In this document: positions 1 through 10,065 of the stretch, piece after piece | Numbering within the stretch: position 1 is the first letter of the stretch | Layout: the number at the start of each line of letters is the position of its first letter | DNA from: Gammaproteobacteria bacterium | GTDB lineage: Bacteria > Pseudomonadota > Gammaproteobacteria > SZUA-229 | NCBI GenBank assembly: GCA_029882395.1 | Contig: JAOUKT010000002.1 | Span: forward strand, 50,165-114,164 | Direction: 5' to 3' | Length of the DNA: 64,000 nt | Program-made: the position numbers and the translations under genes | The notes under the pieces: model-generated | What the model saw: the letters and a program-made list of their open reading frames with translations, nothing else | Told to the model about the DNA's origin: nothing | Database searches by the model: none

Positions 1-202
1 TTGACATATCATCCTGCCATTTTATCCGCTGCCTGTTAAGCATTTTTTCGTGCAGGTAAGGAATGATGATCAGAATTGCAATTAAGACCCATGGCAGCGG
101 GTGAGTAAAACCGAGCATGAAAGCCAGGGCGGTTGTGATTAACAATGCCATGATTAAGACTGACAGCAAAAACATGCTGATACCTTTGGTCAGGGTATTC
201 AT
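1..202 (-). CDS. Small membrane protein, truncated by window start (hydrophobic MNTLTKGISMFLLSVLIMALLITTALAFMLGFTHPLPWVLIAILIIIPYLHEKML...)
   Basis: Read by eye on the minus strand from an ATG at 202, in a different frame from the listed ORF 36..266. It has two clear hydrophobic helices and runs off the window edge. Confidence 0.35.
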   Translation of the reverse strand, partial: MNTLTKGISMFLLSVLIMALLITTALAFMLGFTHPLPWVLIAILIIIPYLHEKMLNRQRIKWQDDMS

Positions 203-449
203 CTACTGATGCCTGTGAAATGAATGCGTGAGCGAAGCATGTTCTGATATATACCCATTTCAGCATTGTAGTGTAATGGCTTGATTATCAAGTGATTTGA
301 ATCAAAAACCTGATGGTTTTATTGTAAATCAGTGGTTAGTCATAGGCTAAGGTGATTGTGCTTTATAAGTAAAACTGTTTGGCAAACGGATGGTGGCATG
401 TTTATAGTCAGAAGTAGGCTTACATAACTGCATAACAAGGAGTCCGCTT

Positions 450-1025
450 ATGTTAAATCACTTCACGTCACTAAAGCATTCAAAGTTGCAGCACGGCGTT
501 GTTTTAAAGCCGGATGCAGATGGCGCCGGCGTTTCAAAACATTCACCTGCGACAGAGGTGATGACCGATTTGCAGCATGCCGCAGCATATACTATCAGTC
601 CCGCTGCATCCATTGTGGAAGCGGAAAAAAAGATGATTTTATGTGCGGTCAGGCTTTTGTTTGTAACAAATGCTGACAATGAGCTCGTCGGCCTGATCAC
701 ATCGACCGATATTTTAGGCGAGCGGCCGTTGAATTACCTGCGTGAACACAGCGGCAGGCGTGATGCGATAATGGTGCAGGAAATTATGACTGATAAAGAA
801 GGTATCGAAGTGATCAGTTATCCTGAGGTGGTGCGGGCTTCGATCGGTGACATTGTGACTACGTTTCATGCGGTAGGGCGCCAGCATGTGCTTGTGGTTG
901 AGCGCGATACGGTGCGTGGTTTATTTTCTGCCACAGAAATATCACGTCGACTGGGTGAGTCGCTGGTGCTGGATATCAGGGCCAGAACGTTTGCAGAACT
1001 CGAAGCAGCGTTAGTTGCTCATTAG
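450..1025 (+). CDS. CBS domain pair protein
   Basis: Two CBS-like segments (VMTDLQHAAAYTISPAASIVEAEKKM... and VQEIMTDKEGIEVISYPE...VRGLFSATEI). RBS-like AAGGAG sits upstream of the ATG. Confidence 0.7.
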   Translation: MLNHFTSLKHSKLQHGVVLKPDADGAGVSKHSPATEVMTDLQHAAAYTISPAASIVEAEKKMILCAVRLLFVTNADNELVGLITSTDILGERPLNYLREHSGRRDAIMVQEIMTDKEGIEVISYPEVVRASIGDIVTTFHAVGRQHVLVVERDTVRGLFSATEISRRLGESLVLDIRARTFAELEAALVAH

Positions 1026-1040
1026 CCTCATAGCCAGAGT

Positions 1041-1092
1041 CTTGCATGCATAAAAAAAGGAGCCATTTGGCTCCTTTTTTTATGCATGCAAG
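1041..1092. terminator. Bidirectional rho-independent terminator, a 52-bp perfect palindrome (cttgcatgcataaaaaaaggagcca tt tggctcctttttttatgcatgcaag)
   Basis: Perfect inverted repeat with A-run and T-run flanks, lying between convergent genes. Confidence 0.7.
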
Positions 1093-1100
1093 CTGCTAAA

Positions 1101-2282
1101 TCAAGCGGTCTTGGGCTGCATTGTGTAATGCGACAGGCTGTCAGCAAACTCTTTCAGTGACTGTATGCCCGTTGCTTCTGCTTTTACAACCCAGTCTTTC
1201 AGGGCCTTTACCAGCTCTTCGTTATTGCTGACTTGCGTTTGCCATACACTTTGTAGTTCTTTACGTTTTTCGTAAATTGTCTTTAGTACCGCATTTTGTT
1301 CTATGATTTCCTGAATGCGTTTGCGGTCTTGTTCAGTGATCAGTGATTCTTCGCGTGAAAGAATCTTGGCGGCTTTTGTGAACAGGGGCTTGTTATGCGC
1401 ATCTGCCTGAGCCGCTTCCTGATCAACCAGAGGCATTACCACTTTCTTTGCATAAGTGGCCATAATCTGGAAACGGTTATCGAATATCGCCGCTAAGGTG
1501 TCGGTATCGATAATGCTTTTGCTGGTATCCGTTTGCGCCTTAGGAGCAACACGCTTTATTTTTAATAAGCCCAGCAGTTTAAAGATATTGATATACATCC
1601 AGCCGATATCAAATTCATACCATTTGCTGGAAAGTTTTGATGAGCTGGGAAAAGTATGGTGATTATTATGCAGTTCTTCACCACCGATGAGGATGCCCCA
1701 GGGCACAATATTGGTTGATGCATCGGCGCATTCGTAGTTGCGGTAGCCCCAGTAGTGACCAATGCCATTAATCACGCCGGCAGCAAATAATGGAATCCAT
1801 GCCATTTGAACGGCCCAGACCGTGATGCCGGCAGTACCAAACAACAATACATCAATGGCTAAAAAGATCATGATACCGGTGCGACCATGGGGCCGATAAA
1901 CTTTACGTTCCAGCCAGTCTTCGGGCGTACCTTTACCGTATTTTTCCAGTGTTTCATCCGTCAGGCCAGCGCGATAAAGCTCTGCACCTTCTTTTAATAC
2001 TTTACCGATGCCCAGTATAACGGGGCTGTGGGGGTCTTCTTTTGTCTCGCATTTAGCATGGTGTTTACGATGCAGGGCGGTCCAGCCTTTAGTTGCCATA
2101 CCGGTTGTCAGCCAGAGCCATAAACGGAAGAAGTGTCTGAGGATGGGGCCTAATTCCAGGCCGCGGTGGGCTGAGTAGCGATGCAGGTAAACGGTAACGC
2201 TGACGATAGTAATGTGAGTAAAAAGCAAAGTCATACCGACTATTTGCCAGACTGAAAAATCTAAAAGACCGTTGTACCACAT
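1101..2282 (-). CDS. Membrane acyl-CoA/phospholipid delta-9 fatty acid desaturase (DesA-like, about 390 aa with C-terminal extension)
   Basis: Three histidine boxes HRYSAH, HRKHHAKCE and HNNHHTFP, plus N-terminal TM helices. Length matches the Pseudomonas DesA type. Confidence 0.85.
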   Translation of the reverse strand: MWYNGLLDFSVWQIVGMTLLFTHITIVSVTVYLHRYSAHRGLELGPILRHFFRLWLWLTTGMATKGWTALHRKHHAKCETKEDPHSPVILGIGKVLKEGAELYRAGLTDETLEKYGKGTPEDWLERKVYRPHGRTGIMIFLAIDVLLFGTAGITVWAVQMAWIPLFAAGVINGIGHYWGYRNYECADASTNIVPWGILIGGEELHNNHHTFPSSSKLSSKWYEFDIGWMYINIFKLLGLLKIKRVAPKAQTDTSKSIIDTDTLAAIFDNRFQIMATYAKKVVMPLVDQEAAQADAHNKPLFTKAAKILSREESLITEQDRKRIQEIIEQNAVLKTIYEKRKELQSVWQTQVSNNEELVKALKDWVVKAEATGIQSLKEFADSLSHYTMQPKTA

Positions 2283-2347
2283 ATTCTATATCTCCTATTA
2301 GAGAGTAACAGTTCTGTTTTGAGGAATTACAAAACAGATTAAATTCT

Positions 2348-2872
2348 TTAAATATCAACTAATTGCAAAACACCAGAGGACGCTTTGTTGTTAGTCTGTT
2401 TGATGCGAAGACTTTTAACGGCCGCTTTGTCCTGACCTCTTTGTCCGGGCAGGGTGGCTTTCATAATGCTGTCGCTAAATAAAACAGACATCTGGTTGTT
2501 GCCGGTGGCTCCCTGCTGTACGGCCCAGCGTATGATAACCTGATATGCGTCGTCATTCAGCTTTAACATGGCAACTTTCTGGGATTTATCAATCTGATGC
2601 TGATGGATATCTTTTAATAAATCATCAATATCCCTGAACTGGCGAGCATCATCAATGTTAAGTCGTTTTTTAGTCGTTCGCGGCAGTTTATGCTTGCTTA
2701 ACCATTCACTGACGCGCACGAAAAACATCTGTTTATCGTAAATACCTTCGGTGATAGCCCATTCGGCAAGCTTGTCAAAAGCCTCAAGGCTGATGGCTAT
2801 CTGATGTGAGGCCTTGGTTTTTATGGCCCTGGCTTTTATCAGCTGCTCAAATCTGTTTTTTACCACTTTCAT
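2348..2872 (-). CDS. Hypothetical protein (174 aa, basic, no recognisable motif)
   Basis: ORF only. It lies in a locally AT-rich stretch and is divergent from the RHH gene. Confidence 0.4.
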   Translation of the reverse strand: MKVVKNRFEQLIKARAIKTKASHQIAISLEAFDKLAEWAITEGIYDKQMFFVRVSEWLSKHKLPRTTKKRLNIDDARQFRDIDDLLKDIHQHQIDKSQKVAMLKLNDDAYQVIIRWAVQQGATGNNQMSVLFSDSIMKATLPGQRGQDKAAVKSLRIKQTNNKASSGVLQLVDI

Positions 2873-3158
2873 ATTGACGCTAAAAAATCCTGTTTGCGGC
2901 CGTGTAAACGTGCAACAAATCTAACAGTTAAAAGAAAAATCACAACTTAATTATTATGAGTGGTAATTTATGTTTAAAGTATTTGTGATATCAAGTACTT
3001 TAATCAGAATTCAAGTCTATGATTTAGTGGTATTTTTTTAAATTTATAGAAATAATCTTTGTTTATGGCCACCATTGCTATATAACGTGTTGTTTTAAAT
3101 CTCTTTTAGTAGTGGCTCTGTATTACTAACTTATTGATCTTATGGAGTATTTTTACAG

Positions 3159-3461
3159 ATGATAGAAAAGAAGACCAAAGGTCATTTAGGTGTTTTAGAA
3201 AGGGCCAAAGTGAGCCATGAAATGGCTGACTTTATCACAAAAGAAGCGGTCAAAACGGGCGCCAGCCGTAGCCAGATAATACGTGATGCATTAACGCATT
3301 ATATGTCTTATGAGCAATCTAAAGTATTGGCTGAAGTTCAGTCACTGAAGGTAATGACTGCGGATTTAAATCAGCGTTTGCTGGCCATGGGCCAGTATGA
3401 GCAGGCGCGTTTTGACCAGCTGTTAAAGGCGGTGAAAGCCTATCGTAAGCCACTGAAATGA
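3159..3461 (+). CDS. Ribbon-helix-helix (CopG/Arc-like) DNA-binding protein
   Basis: N-terminal RHH-like signature RSQIIRDALTHYM, small size, coiled-coil-like C-terminus. Confidence 0.45.
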   Translation: MIEKKTKGHLGVLERAKVSHEMADFITKEAVKTGASRSQIIRDALTHYMSYEQSKVLAEVQSLKVMTADLNQRLLAMGQYEQARFDQLLKAVKAYRKPLK

Positions 3462-5369
3462 TTATTGATTAAGCATTAAATAGCTTTTGAGCATCTGTGG
3501 GTAGTTTTCCGGGTCTTCGTTAAGTTTGTGATGGAATGAATGCAGGCTTTGTATGGCTAGCTGTTTCCATTTGGGGTATGTCATTAATCGGGATAACTGA
3601 AATAAATTCTCGATGCTGATGCTATTGGCTGAAGGTAGCGAGCTGTCGTAGATTTCTTTTGAGCGAACCAGGATGTTTTTATCAGTGGCGCTAGTATCAA
3701 AAAAGCCGTGATTGACGGGGTCGTAAAATATGTTTATTTGTTGCCGGGTGAGCTCATTGGCCCAGATAAGCCACTGCCTGTCCCTGGTGCTTTGGTAAAG
3801 GCTGATTAAGGCATTGCTTAAGTAGGCGTAATCATCAAGGTAGGCTTCACCGGAGCGTTTGCCGTTACGGTAGCTGCGATAAAGTTGTTTGCTTTTCGGG
3901 TTGTAGAGATTCTGGTAGATAAAACGCGCCGCGTTTTCCGCGGCTACGCGGTATTTTGGAATCTGGAGCTGTGCCGATGCTTTTGCCAGGGCTTTGATTA
4001 GCAGCGCGTTCCAGGCGGTGATGATTTTGTCATCAAGGTGAGGTGCAGGCCGTTTTAATCGTTGCTGCTGCAGTTTGCTTAAGCCCGATTGTAAACGTTT
4101 TTCGGCAGTGACCAGTTTCAGTGTGAGGCTTTTGGCAGTCTGCTGCAGGGAGTGTTCTGCGTGTAAGATATTTAGCCCGGTGAACTGCATTTCAGGGTCG
4201 CTTTCAACGTTGCCGTTTTTCAGTATATTGAAGTGTGAATTAAACAGTTTTTGTTCAGCCGGGTTTAAAAGTAGCTCAAGTTCAGACTTTTTCCAGACGT
4301 AATAGGCGCCTTCCCCGTGTTCAGATGGTTTGTCGGGCCGCGTACTGTCAGCATCATAAGCAGAATAAAAGCCTCCCTCGGGGTGGCGCATTTGATTGAG
4401 TACAAAATCAAGGCTTTGCTGGATGGGGCGGTGATATTTGTCAGGATCGGCGGGTTTTTGTGCGTCAAGCAAGGTATTAATCATGAGGCCCTGGTCGTAC
4501 AGCATTTTTTCAAAATGAGGGACTCGCCATTGTTCGTCGACAGAATAGCGATGAAAACCGCCGCCAACCTGATCATAAAGGCCGGCACGTAAGATATGAT
4601 CGAGAGTGCGGCTGACCATTTCATGCGAACGGCTGGCGGGCTGGCTGATGCTGTATTGCAACAAAAAATCAAAAATAGCGCTGCGTGGAAACTTGGGAGC
4701 ATGACCAAAACCGCCGTATTCTTTGTCGAAACTGTCGGTGAAATGCCGGAAAGCGTTTTCGATGCTGGAGAATTTAAGCTGGCCTTTGGTGTGCTTGTTT
4801 TGTAAATGTGAGCGAATGATATCGGTCACCTCATCGGCGACGTTATTGACCTTTGATCTGTCATCACTCCAGAGTGTCACCACACTGTTTAAAATTTCTT
4901 CAAGACCTTTATGCCCGTCTTTGCTAACTGGCGGCAAGTAAGTCGCGGCAAAGAATGGCTTCAGCTGGCTATTGGCAATGATAGTGGTTGGCCAGCCGCC
5001 ATAGCCGGCTAATATTTCCGCCGCTGTGATGTAGATGCGGTCAATATCCGGTCGTTCTTCCCGGTCGACTTTAATGCTGATGAAGTGCTGATTGAGAATT
5101 TTGGCGATGTTTTCATTTTCAAAGGACTCGTGTGCCATGACATGGCACCAGTGGCAAGTCGAGTAGCCAATTGAAATGAACAGTGGCTTATCTTCTTTGC
5201 GGGCCTTGTTAAAGGCTTGCTCTCCCCAGGGGTACCAGTCTACCGGGTTATAGGCATGTTGCAGCAAGTAGGGGCTGGATTCATTAATAAGCCGGTTGGC
5301 TGGGCCTTTGCTGGCAGCGGCTGCATTCAACTGGGTGAGCAATAAACAGGTGATGAACAATAATTTCAT
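3462..5369 (-). CDS. Thioredoxin-domain protein, DUF255/YyaL family (N-acylglucosamine epimerase-like C-terminal domain), secreted
   Basis: Signal peptide, then the hallmark [47 protein letters not shown]. Confidence 0.8.
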   Translation of the reverse strand: MKLLFITCLLLTQLNAAAASKGPANRLINESSPYLLQHAYNPVDWYPWGEQAFNKARKEDKPLFISIGYSTCHWCHVMAHESFENENIAKILNQHFISIKVDREERPDIDRIYITAAEILAGYGGWPTTIIANSQLKPFFAATYLPPVSKDGHKGLEEILNSVVTLWSDDRSKVNNVADEVTDIIRSHLQNKHTKGQLKFSSIENAFRHFTDSFDKEYGGFGHAPKFPRSAIFDFLLQYSISQPASRSHEMVSRTLDHILRAGLYDQVGGGFHRYSVDEQWRVPHFEKMLYDQGLMINTLLDAQKPADPDKYHRPIQQSLDFVLNQMRHPEGGFYSAYDADSTRPDKPSEHGEGAYYVWKKSELELLLNPAEQKLFNSHFNILKNGNVESDPEMQFTGLNILHAEHSLQQTAKSLTLKLVTAEKRLQSGLSKLQQQRLKRPAPHLDDKIITAWNALLIKALAKASAQLQIPKYRVAAENAARFIYQNLYNPKSKQLYRSYRNGKRSGEAYLDDYAYLSNALISLYQSTRDRQWLIWANELTRQQINIFYDPVNHGFFDTSATDKNILVRSKEIYDSSLPSANSISIENLFQLSRLMTYPKWKQLAIQSLHSFHHKLNEDPENYPQMLKSYLMLNQ

Positions 5370-5645
5370 GATGACTGTGTTGTTATGTGGTTGTTAACTA
5401 TGACATCGAATGCCTGATTTTATTCCCATTATATGAAAAATAACCGGCGCTACTAGCATAGTATCTATTTGAAGCTTGGAGATAAATACAAGGCTTTATG
5501 CAATGATCAGCGGGCTGTTTTTAATGCCTGTCATGGCTAATGATGAGCAGGATTTGTGCAGCAGTTAAAGCGACTGTCGAAGTGACTAATATAATGAATT
5601 AGCTCTGTCTTTTTTATTCTCATGGTGTAAGCTAGGCAGCTGTTT

Positions 5646-7250
5646 TTGCTTGATAACCAGCTACCGGCATTGAGTTTGTATTCAAAATTTCATCAACGTT
5701 TAAAGGCTTTTAATTCGACCGCCTCGGCTGATATCTTTCAGTGTGGCGGTATCGGGCTAGAGAAAGAGAGCCTGCGGGTTTCCTCAGCCGGTACACTGTC
5801 ACAAAAGCCGCACCCTGTTGCGCTGGGTTCTGCTTTGACTCACCCCAGTATTACCACCGATTATTCAGAAGCATTACTCGAGTTTATTACGCCGCCTTTC
5901 AAAGACGTACTGGAGTCGATGGATTTCTTGCGTGATACCCAGCAGTTTGTCTATAGCCAGCTTGAAGACGAGTTGTTGTGGTCGGCCAGTATGCCTTGCG
6001 TGGTGGCCGGAGAGACCAGTATTCCACTGGCGAAATACGGTAATTCAAATCTGGGGCAGATGAAAACAGTTTATCGGCGAGGGCTGGGTCACCGTTATGG
6101 CCGGGTCATGCAGGTGATTGCAGGCGTGCATTACAATTATTCATTCAAAGATGAGTTCTGGTCACATTATCAGCAGTTAGAGTCCGATACCGGTAACGCA
6201 CAGGATTTTATTTCTGCGCGTTATTTTGATGTGCTGCGTAACCTGCAACGTTATGGCTGGTTAATTTCCTATCTTTTTGGTGCCTCGCCTGCCATATGCA
6301 AATCATTTCTTAATGGCCAGCAAACTAATTTGCAAGAATTTAATGAAAACTCATTTTATGAACCCTACGCAACCTCGTTACGGCTGGGTGAAATTGGGTA
6401 TCGGAATTCGCGCGAAAGCGAAGTTGGCATAACGGCCAATTACAATAGTCTGCAGGAATATATAGAGGCGCTAAGGTGTGCGATCGAAACGCCTTATGCT
6501 GGTTACGAGGACATCGGTATTGTAAAGGACGGCGTCTACCAGCAGCTTAATGCCAACATCCTGCAGATTGAAAATGAGTATTACAGCAGTGTCCGTCCCA
6601 AACAAATATTACAGGGGCTGGAAAAGCCGGTGAATGCCTTGCGCGACCGCGGGGTGAGGTATATAGAACTGCGCTCGGTGGATATCAGTCCGTTCGACCC
6701 GTTAGGCGTTAATGAAGACCAGCTTCGTTTTATTCAGGTGTTTATCATTTTTTGTTGTTTGCAGCAGAGCCCGGCTTTCGGCAGTGCTGAACGCAAAATG
6801 ATTGATGCTAATTTATTACTCACGGCGCACAGGGGGCGTGAGCCTGGCTTGATGCTGGATACACTAAAAGGCAAGCAAGAACTGAAACAATGGGCAGCTG
6901 AAATTCTTGATCAGTTAATGCCGCTGGCAGATGTGCTGGACCAGAGCCATACAGGCAGCCCTTACAAAAATGCCTGCGAAAAGCAGCTTGAATTAATAGA
7001 GCATGCTGATAAAACACCGTCGGCAATGATTTTGAATTCGATGAAAGATAATGATGAAGGTTTTTTCCATTTTTCCAAACGCATGTCGGATAAACATCAT
7101 CAGTATTTCAATAACCTGCCGGTTATCAAAGAGCGGCAGTCGCATTTTCAGGGCTTAGCTAAAGAGTCATTGTTAAAACAGCAGGCGATTGAAGCGGCGG
7201 ATCAGCAATCATTTAGTGAGTTTCTACAGATGTATTTTGATCGCTGCTAG
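5646..7250 (+). CDS. gshA: Glutamate--cysteine ligase
   Basis: GLEKESLRV...HPVALGSALTHPSITTDYSEALLEFITPP matches the conserved enterobacterial-type GshA N-terminus. Length about 530 aa. Start codon is TTG. Confidence 0.9.
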   Translation: MLDNQLPALSLYSKFHQRLKAFNSTASADIFQCGGIGLEKESLRVSSAGTLSQKPHPVALGSALTHPSITTDYSEALLEFITPPFKDVLESMDFLRDTQQFVYSQLEDELLWSASMPCVVAGETSIPLAKYGNSNLGQMKTVYRRGLGHRYGRVMQVIAGVHYNYSFKDEFWSHYQQLESDTGNAQDFISARYFDVLRNLQRYGWLISYLFGASPAICKSFLNGQQTNLQEFNENSFYEPYATSLRLGEIGYRNSRESEVGITANYNSLQEYIEALRCAIETPYAGYEDIGIVKDGVYQQLNANILQIENEYYSSVRPKQILQGLEKPVNALRDRGVRYIELRSVDISPFDPLGVNEDQLRFIQVFIIFCCLQQSPAFGSAERKMIDANLLLTAHRGREPGLMLDTLKGKQELKQWAAEILDQLMPLADVLDQSHTGSPYKNACEKQLELIEHADKTPSAMILNSMKDNDEGFFHFSKRMSDKHHQYFNNLPVIKERQSHFQGLAKESLLKQQAIEAADQQSFSEFLQMYFDRC

Positions 7251-9121
7251 ATTGTTAGCGTTTTTTTTTGTTCGTGATGAGCTGGCAGCGTAACAAAAAA
7301 CGTACTGCCGAATCCGTATTCACTTTCAAACCTTATTTGTCCCTGCATTTTTTCAACCAGCTTTTTGGTAATTGTCAGGCCTATGCCGCTGCCTTCAATT
7401 TTTCCGGGGTTAGCAAGTGCGCGTGAAAAAGGAGCGAAAATTGTATCTTTTAGTTCGTCTTTTATGCCAATGCCGGTATCTTTAATGCTGAGCTGGTACT
7501 CGCATTGATTTATAAGCCGCAGATCGATGGTTATCAGTCCCTTTGGTTTGTTGTATTTGATTGCGTTACTGATTAAGTTTATGCAAATTTGTTTCAGGCG
7601 CTGTCTGTCAGCCATGACAGGGCATTGGCCAGAGGACAGATGCCTGATAGTGACACTGTGCTGGTTGGCAATGGGTTTAACTAAGCCTATGCAGTCGATT
7701 AATATCTCATTCCAGTTCAGGACTTCCATAGTGCTTACATCTTTTCCTGATTCGATTTGAGACAAATCAAGGATTTCATTAACCAGTGATAACAGGTGTT
7801 TGCCAGCGGTTAAAATTTCGCCGGTGCTGTCAAGGATTTCAGGGTTGTTGTGGGCCTCGAGTCTGACTAGCTGGCTGTAGCCCAATATGGCGTTTAAGGG
7901 TGTGCGGATTTCATGGCTCATTTGTGACAGAAATTCAGATTTTGCATTGTTAGCATGCTCAGCAATAAGCTTCGCGCGCGCCAGCTGCTGTTCGGTTTGT
8001 TTGTGCTGCTGGATTTCATAATGTAATTTGCTGGTTCTTTCTTCAACCAGTTCTTCCAGCTGTTGCTGGTGCTGGTAAAGTGCTGTTTTTGAGTTGGCGA
8101 GCTTGCGGTTAATGGAAAACAAATAAAGTGTATAAACGAGAATGGCAATCAAAAAACCGATGCAAAGAAAAATTAACTCTGTTTCTTCATGCCATAGATT
8201 GCTAAGCGTGATGTGACGGTATTTGATATCAGCAATCAATTGATTGACTTCACTGTAATCAAGTGGTGCCTGCCAGTTAATATACCTGCCGTCAATGGCT
8301 GCCTTTGAATCCGCTTCTATCTCAAGCAGGGCATGAAAAACTTTGTTAGACAGTATGCTGTCAACATGACCAAGTACAGAAAACGGCCATTCCGGGTAAA
8401 GCCTTGTGCTATGAATACTGGAAAGCTTATCTTGCTGTTGATTTATAATTTTAAGCTTATTGGGGGCCAGATTGTTTTCTGCAATTAACTGCTCGATGAT
8501 GCTGCTTCTGACGACACCAATATCGACTGTTTTGTTGAGAACGGCATTGATAACAGACTGGTGGGAATTGTCATCGCTGAATTTAACATCGCTGCTGTCT
8601 TCATAAGGGTCGATGCCATGAAATAATAATTCCCTATAGACCATTTTCCAGCCGCCAAACGCTTCGGGGTGAACGCCCATGATGCTTTTGTCTTTTATAT
8701 CACTCAGAGTATTGATATCGGCATTGTCAGAATGGGTGAAAATAACGCTGGAGTAAAAGCTCGAGGCTAAACCATCGGCTTGTTTTTTGTTGAGGGTTAA
8801 AATGCGGGTTGCGCCGTAGCGTTTATTAAGGTCGGCATAAGCCAGAGGGGAGGTCAGTACAAAGTCAATGTTTTTATTTTTTACGCTGCGCCGCATTTTT
8901 GCGAAATCGATAATAGGAACTAGTGAGAAATGATAACCAGGAATTTTTTGGCTTAAGGCGGCGGCAGTTGCAGCCCACTGATGGTTCGCTTTTTCAATAC
9001 CGTTAATGGCGCGCACACCGATGCGTAACTCCTGGTCTTTATTTTGAGCTGATAATGTCGTTGTCACCAGCAATAATGAAATAAAGAAAAAACGTTTCAG
9101 GCGAGCAAGAATCTGTCTCAT
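7247..9121 (-). CDS. Sensor histidine kinase with periplasmic PhnD/SsuA-like solute-binding domain
   Basis: Signal peptide (start moved to the internal Met MRQILARL...), PBP-like periplasmic domain, one TM helix, coiled coil, HisKA H-box FLSQMSHEIRTPLNAILGYSQL, HATPase G-boxes. No receiver domain. Confidence 0.8.
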   Translation of the reverse strand: MRQILARLKRFFFISLLLVTTTLSAQNKDQELRIGVRAINGIEKANHQWAATAAALSQKIPGYHFSLVPIIDFAKMRRSVKNKNIDFVLTSPLAYADLNKRYGATRILTLNKKQADGLASSFYSSVIFTHSDNADINTLSDIKDKSIMGVHPEAFGGWKMVYRELLFHGIDPYEDSSDVKFSDDNSHQSVINAVLNKTVDIGVVRSSIIEQLIAENNLAPNKLKIINQQQDKLSSIHSTRLYPEWPFSVLGHVDSILSNKVFHALLEIEADSKAAIDGRYINWQAPLDYSEVNQLIADIKYRHITLSNLWHEETELIFLCIGFLIAILVYTLYLFSINRKLANSKTALYQHQQQLEELVEERTSKLHYEIQQHKQTEQQLARAKLIAEHANNAKSEFLSQMSHEIRTPLNAILGYSQLVRLEAHNNPEILDSTGEILTAGKHLLSLVNEILDLSQIESGKDVSTMEVLNWNEILIDCIGLVKPIANQHSVTIRHLSSGQCPVMADRQRLKQICINLISNAIKYNKPKGLITIDLRLINQCEYQLSIKDTGIGIKDELKDTIFAPFSRALANPGKIEGSGIGLTITKKLVEKMQGQIRFESEYGFGSTFFVTLPAHHEQKKTLTI

Positions 9122-9216
9122 TAGGCTTATATTGTTATAGTTGTATCTAAATTGAATGAGTCTGATTGTATAGAGACTCATATACCTTGTAAAGAATAAG
9201 GTTATTAGCAGGTGTT

Positions 9217-9678
9217 ATGAGTTGTTATTGTGGTTCGGGTGAGTTGTTTGAAGTGTGCTGCCAGCTGCGTCATCTTGTGCATGAGCGGGCTGATACGGCT
9301 GAAAGTTTAATGCGCGCTCGCTATAGTGCTTATGTGCTGGGAATGACTGAGTTTCTAAACAGAACATGGCTGGATGGAGACGGTGTTGAATCAGCAGCTG
9401 ACCTAAAGGTGGTCAATTGGTGCGGGCTTGACATAGTGTCGACCCGAGCAGGCATGAAGTCTGATAGCGAAGGCTGGGTAGAATTTAAAGCGTATTTTAT
9501 TGAACATGACAGGCTTTTTTGTTTGCATGAAAACAGCCACTTTGTACAAAACCAGGGGCACTGGTTTTATAAAGAGGGAGAGTTATATCGGCATGAACCG
9601 AAAGAGCTCGCTCTTAATGCGGAGTGCCCGTGTGGCAGCGGTAAAAAATACAAGCGCTGCTGTCGTCGGCAGTTGTAA
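9217..9678 (+). CDS. ychJ: YchJ family protein (UPF0225) with SEC-C zinc motifs
   Basis: N-terminal CYCGSG and C-terminal CPCGSGKKYKRCC SEC-C motifs. Confidence 0.8.
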   Translation: MSCYCGSGELFEVCCQLRHLVHERADTAESLMRARYSAYVLGMTEFLNRTWLDGDGVESAADLKVVNWCGLDIVSTRAGMKSDSEGWVEFKAYFIEHDRLFCLHENSHFVQNQGHWFYKEGELYRHEPKELALNAECPCGSGKKYKRCCRRQL

Positions 9679-10065
9679 AGTTAAAATTGATCTAGCGCAT
9701 ATTTAATCAAATAATTGTTTGTTAACATTAGTTTTAGCAAATTAACTAATGCCAATAGATGCCTTTATTAAATAGTTATATTGTTAATTTCATTTATTAT
9801 TCTATTATTCTATTATTCTATACTTATCTTTCAACCCCTATTCTATAAGCCTCTTAGCCACTGTAAGGCATTTATAATATTTTATATGGGATGATAAAAT
9901 ACTTTTTATTGCCGTTTTCATGATCTTTGTAGGCAGCGCGCTAAAAATCTATTATTCTGCGATGGCTTAAAGTTTGAAATACTGCATAAAAGGTATGGTA
10001 TTTGTGCTGATTATGCGTTGGATCCCTTTAAGTATAAAAAATGTTAATAATAAATGGGGGATGGC

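Noticed and set aside
36-266. Listed 76-aa minus-strand ORF at the window start
   Set aside because: It has no membrane or domain character. An alternative frame on the same strand gives a far more protein-like hydrophobic peptide, so that reading was kept.
4075-4941. Stack of nested 67-91 aa ORFs on both strands inside the thioredoxin-domain gene
   Set aside because: They are all embedded in a 635-aa ORF that has an unmistakable family signature, so they are frame shadows.
9796-9823. Possible CRISPR or minisatellite
   Set aside because: It is an 8-bp unit in only three to four copies with no spacers and no cas genes. It is recorded as a simple tandem repeat only.
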